64,000 nucleotides of DNA from Blepharisma stoltei ATCC 30299. Its lineage: Eukaryota; Protista; Ciliophora. The translations under genes and the position numbers were made by a program. The notes below the pieces were generated by a model, which saw only the letters and a list, made by a program, of their open reading frames with translations, made no database searches and was not told where the DNA came from. Of the stretch, positions 61,058-64,000 are shown piece by piece (the stretch's first letter is position 1; each line of letters begins with the position of its first letter). The stretch covers positions 558,001-622,000 of the forward strand of contig CBFDEM010000040.1 in the NCBI GenBank assembly GCA_965603825.1. Reading direction: 5' to 3'.

Positions 61058-62584
61058 TTAAGTCTTAAAATTCCTAGCTTCTTCAAGTCTCTTTCTCTGT
61101 GAGCTTGATCCTGGCCGAACGACTCCAGATTTTGAGCTTGGTCTTTCTGTCTTCTTTTCTTCATTTGTGCTTTTCTTTGTTTCCTCAGTATTCTTCCTTT
61201 GATCTTTGATATACCGATGAGTAACATCTTTCCTCTCCAAGATTTTTTTAGAAATATCTAATTGCTGGTTGAACCATTTTTCTTCCTCTTTTTCCAACTG
61301 AGAATAAAAATCCCCTTCCTCATCTATTTCTTTGTTTTTTTGCTCCTCTTCAAGATTTGGTGCTTGATCTTCTTTAATTAAATGGAACTCATCATAAAAA
61401 GTTTTTTCAATTGAAAACTCAATATTTTTTAAAGTTGAAAGAACCTCTTTTCGTTTTTGAACCAAAATGTCATGAGCTTCTTCAACATCTCTTTTTATTC
61501 GATTTTCATCAAAAATTACCAAATTTTTGCTGATTGGCAAAGCTGAAGAAGGACGGGATGTGTATTGAAGCCTCTAAATTTTTCTTACTCATCTTTAAGT
61601 GTGTCCTTTATTTTCGCAAGTTCTTCTAAATAAGTTGGCCTCGCAATTTGTTTATCGTTCAATATAATTAGCTGAGGATAGTCTTCCATTATTATTTCTT
61701 CAAAGTTTTCTATTTCAGCACATGGGTTTCCTTGTAAATTCAGCTCTCTTAGTGTTGATAGTTGTCGTAAACATAATAATTCAACCCTGTCATATAAAGA
61801 GTTATTTGAAAGATCTAGGCTTGCCAATACAGGAAAAAGCTCATTAAGTTCCAATTTATTCCCTATCATAAAGATTTGATTTGTGCTTAAATAAAGCTCA
61901 TTTAGATTAGGTAGCATTGAAAAAGATTCTAATGTCTGAAATTCATTTTTATCTAAATTTAGGGTTTCAAGCTCTTTTAGATTTTCTAAAAAGCTTGCAT
62001 CATTAAGCTGGTTGCCTTTTAAGAATAAAATTTTTAGGGTTTGGCGAATATCTCGAGGGTTGATTTGTTCGATACTGTTGTTTTCTAGATAAAGCTCATC
62101 AATCTTATATAAAAATTACATCTGTTGCAGAAATGCCTTGGATTTGAGAAATCTGGTTCAAAGATAAGTTTACTAATTTAAGATTCCCTAAGGGTTGCAA
62201 AGGCTTCATTGAAGTTATTTTATTTCCTTCAGCCTTTAAAACTTGGAGATTCTAAATGCAATTTACCTTATATCCAGAAATTCACTCAAGGGTTTCTATT
62301 CGATTAAAGCTGATAACAAGCCTAACCAATGAAGGAATCACTAATCCATCCAAGCTTGAAATAAAATTGCAGGAAATATCAAGTTCTTTTAGATCTTTAA
62401 GCTTATCAAAAGTTCCTCTTGGAATAACTTCTATCAAATTGCTTGAAAAAACAATACTCTTCACCTTTGAAAATTGATTGAGAGGACAGAGACTGCGAAT
62501 ATTTGCTTTTATCATTTCGATCAGATAGATTTTGTCTGGCTTTTCTTGATTTTGCTGAATTATGAGGGCTGGAGTGAGTTCCAT
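61058..62584 (-). CDS. Leucine-rich-repeat protein (SDS22-like); introns 62252-62266, 62104-62119 (16 nt) and 61572/61574-61588
   Basis: LxxLxLxxNxI repeats and an LRR cap (LNLQGNPC). The last junction is irregular (see findings). Confidence 0.75.
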
Positions 62585-62648
62585 TATAAATAAATGAAAA
62601 ATGCGCTAAGAAGTAATGAATTATTTAATAGTAAAAGTGAAATTATAA

Positions 62649-64000
62649 TTATTCGAATAAATGAGGGTTATCAAGAGAGGTGTTAGCTTCAAAGCTGTGC
62701 TCTGTTTCAGTTTGAGGAACTATTCTTTTCATTGAAGATTTTTTAATATTTAGCAATTTTTCGATTTTTGGCCTCAAAATTGTGTATAAAGTTCTAAAGA
62801 AGATTATCAGACTTGCAATCAAATTAGATACCATAATGCTTCCTACCCAGAAATAGATTGATTGCTCAAGAGCAGTTTCCAAGCTGCTGCTTAAGTCAAA
62901 TACAAAAAATGTTATATGAATGCATACAACTAACACTCCAATTTCTGAATAAATATTTGAAACCATAAGCACTGGATCTTCATGTGGACGATAAACAGCC
63001 ACGTACAAAGCAAATAACGCTGATATAGCAATAAGTATTCCCCCTTGCAAGCCTGGAAAATCTCTCAGCAAGATTAAAGTTAAAACATAAATAATCCTCC
63101 TTCAAATAAATAATAAATAATATTGACTGCTCATATGGCATTTTTCGATATCAAACTCATAAAACAGCGAGTCCCATGTTTTGAGAAATGCTTTACTCCT
63201 ATGAATTATTTTCTTTCGGTTTTTAATCATAAACAATAATAAGGCAAATGGTGTCATCACAATAAGAGTCTAAATTTTAATTACCTCCAAAATTAAGCAT
63301 ATGATTACATTGAACATCAAGAATCCATTACCTGTGGCAAACTACATGAAAAATACATCTAAAAGCCCTATTAGGGCTGTTGCTCCTATCTCAATATAAT
63401 TTTGTAGCCAAAATCTGACAAACACCGAGTATTTATAATCTTTCAAAGCATCCGTAAATCTTCTTCCTATTCATCTTTGTGAGCATTTTGACAGAAACGC
63501 AACAAGAGGAAAACACAAAATAATAGCCAGGAATGTTTCTATTATATTTCCAGAGTTCAAAAGCAACAGATTAGTTTCATAGCCATAATTATAAGCCTCC
63601 TTATAAGGCTTTATTCCTTCACTTTGGTCAATAAAGTCTGCAAAAAAATTAGGGACTATATTATAATTGTTCAAGCTCTTTAAAAACGCGTATAATGCTG
63701 GAGTAATTGATATAGAAGATAAGGTTATAAAAGACAATATTTCAATGGTGTTCATCATAGTCCACAAAGATGAAGGATTCATTGATACAAATGATGAAAC
63801 CATAACGGCTGAAACTGCTACTTGAGAACTCGTTTTGGCTTGCTGAGATATAGATTCTATATAAGGAGAGGTATAGTCATATTTGTATAAATAGCCTACC
63901 AAGCCATGTGTTGTGAGGACAGCATCATTTATTGAGAAAATCCCAGAACTGTTAGTGAAGTTTAAATATATAGGTGTATTGGCTATAATACTAAAATCAA
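62649..64000 (-). CDS. 3' part of a ciliate multi-pass membrane protein (TRP-like/PKD-type C-terminal TM block); introns 63342-63356, 63270-63284
   Basis: SLWTMMNTIEIL, LLLNSG, VFVRFWLQNYIE, WDSLFYEF, YYLLFI(W)RRIIY and YRPH motifs; the gene runs off the window. Confidence 0.75.

Noticed and set aside
1-64000. Telomeric repeats, rRNA/tRNA genes, CRISPR arrays and the many short antisense ORFs in the track
   Set aside because: No CCCTAACA-type tracts, cloverleafs or repeat-spacer arrays seen. The short ORFs overlap better-supported genes on the other strand or frame.

Overview
This is gene-dense, AT-rich eukaryotic nuclear DNA, best read as the macronuclear genome of a heterotrich ciliate, most likely Blepharisma. 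Two features support that. (1) TGA is read as Trp: it sits at invariant Trp positions (GDW of two RanBP2 zinc fingers, WYDGY, DNLVW) and swaps with TGG between paralogs, while genes end in TAA/TAG. (2) The introns are 15-16 nt GTA...AG with an A at position 10. The supplied ORF track is therefore fragmented. Rejoining it gives about 40 genes, mostly ordinary eukaryotic ones (GDT1, two sphingosine-kinase-like genes, PEX11, DENN, uS10, ELF1, PP2C, RRB1, eIF3j, EMC4, ABCG, RIB43A, MVP, Nup188-like, SINA, Skp1-like, nucleoredoxin, MUB). Two loci stand out. The first is a six-gene tandem array (30716-41647) of ~525-aa multi-pass membrane proteins that share four micro-introns and resemble the STRA6/RBP-receptor retinoid transporter family, with a strongly diversified predicted ligand-binding loop. 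The second is an intronless 1079-aa gene (24262-27501) with a bacterial-type AAA-ATPase-like plus PD-(D/E)XK nuclease module, a possible dead CE-clan protease domain and an NLS-like tail, a candidate horizontal acquisition. All family assignments come from motifs recognised by eye; no searches were run.
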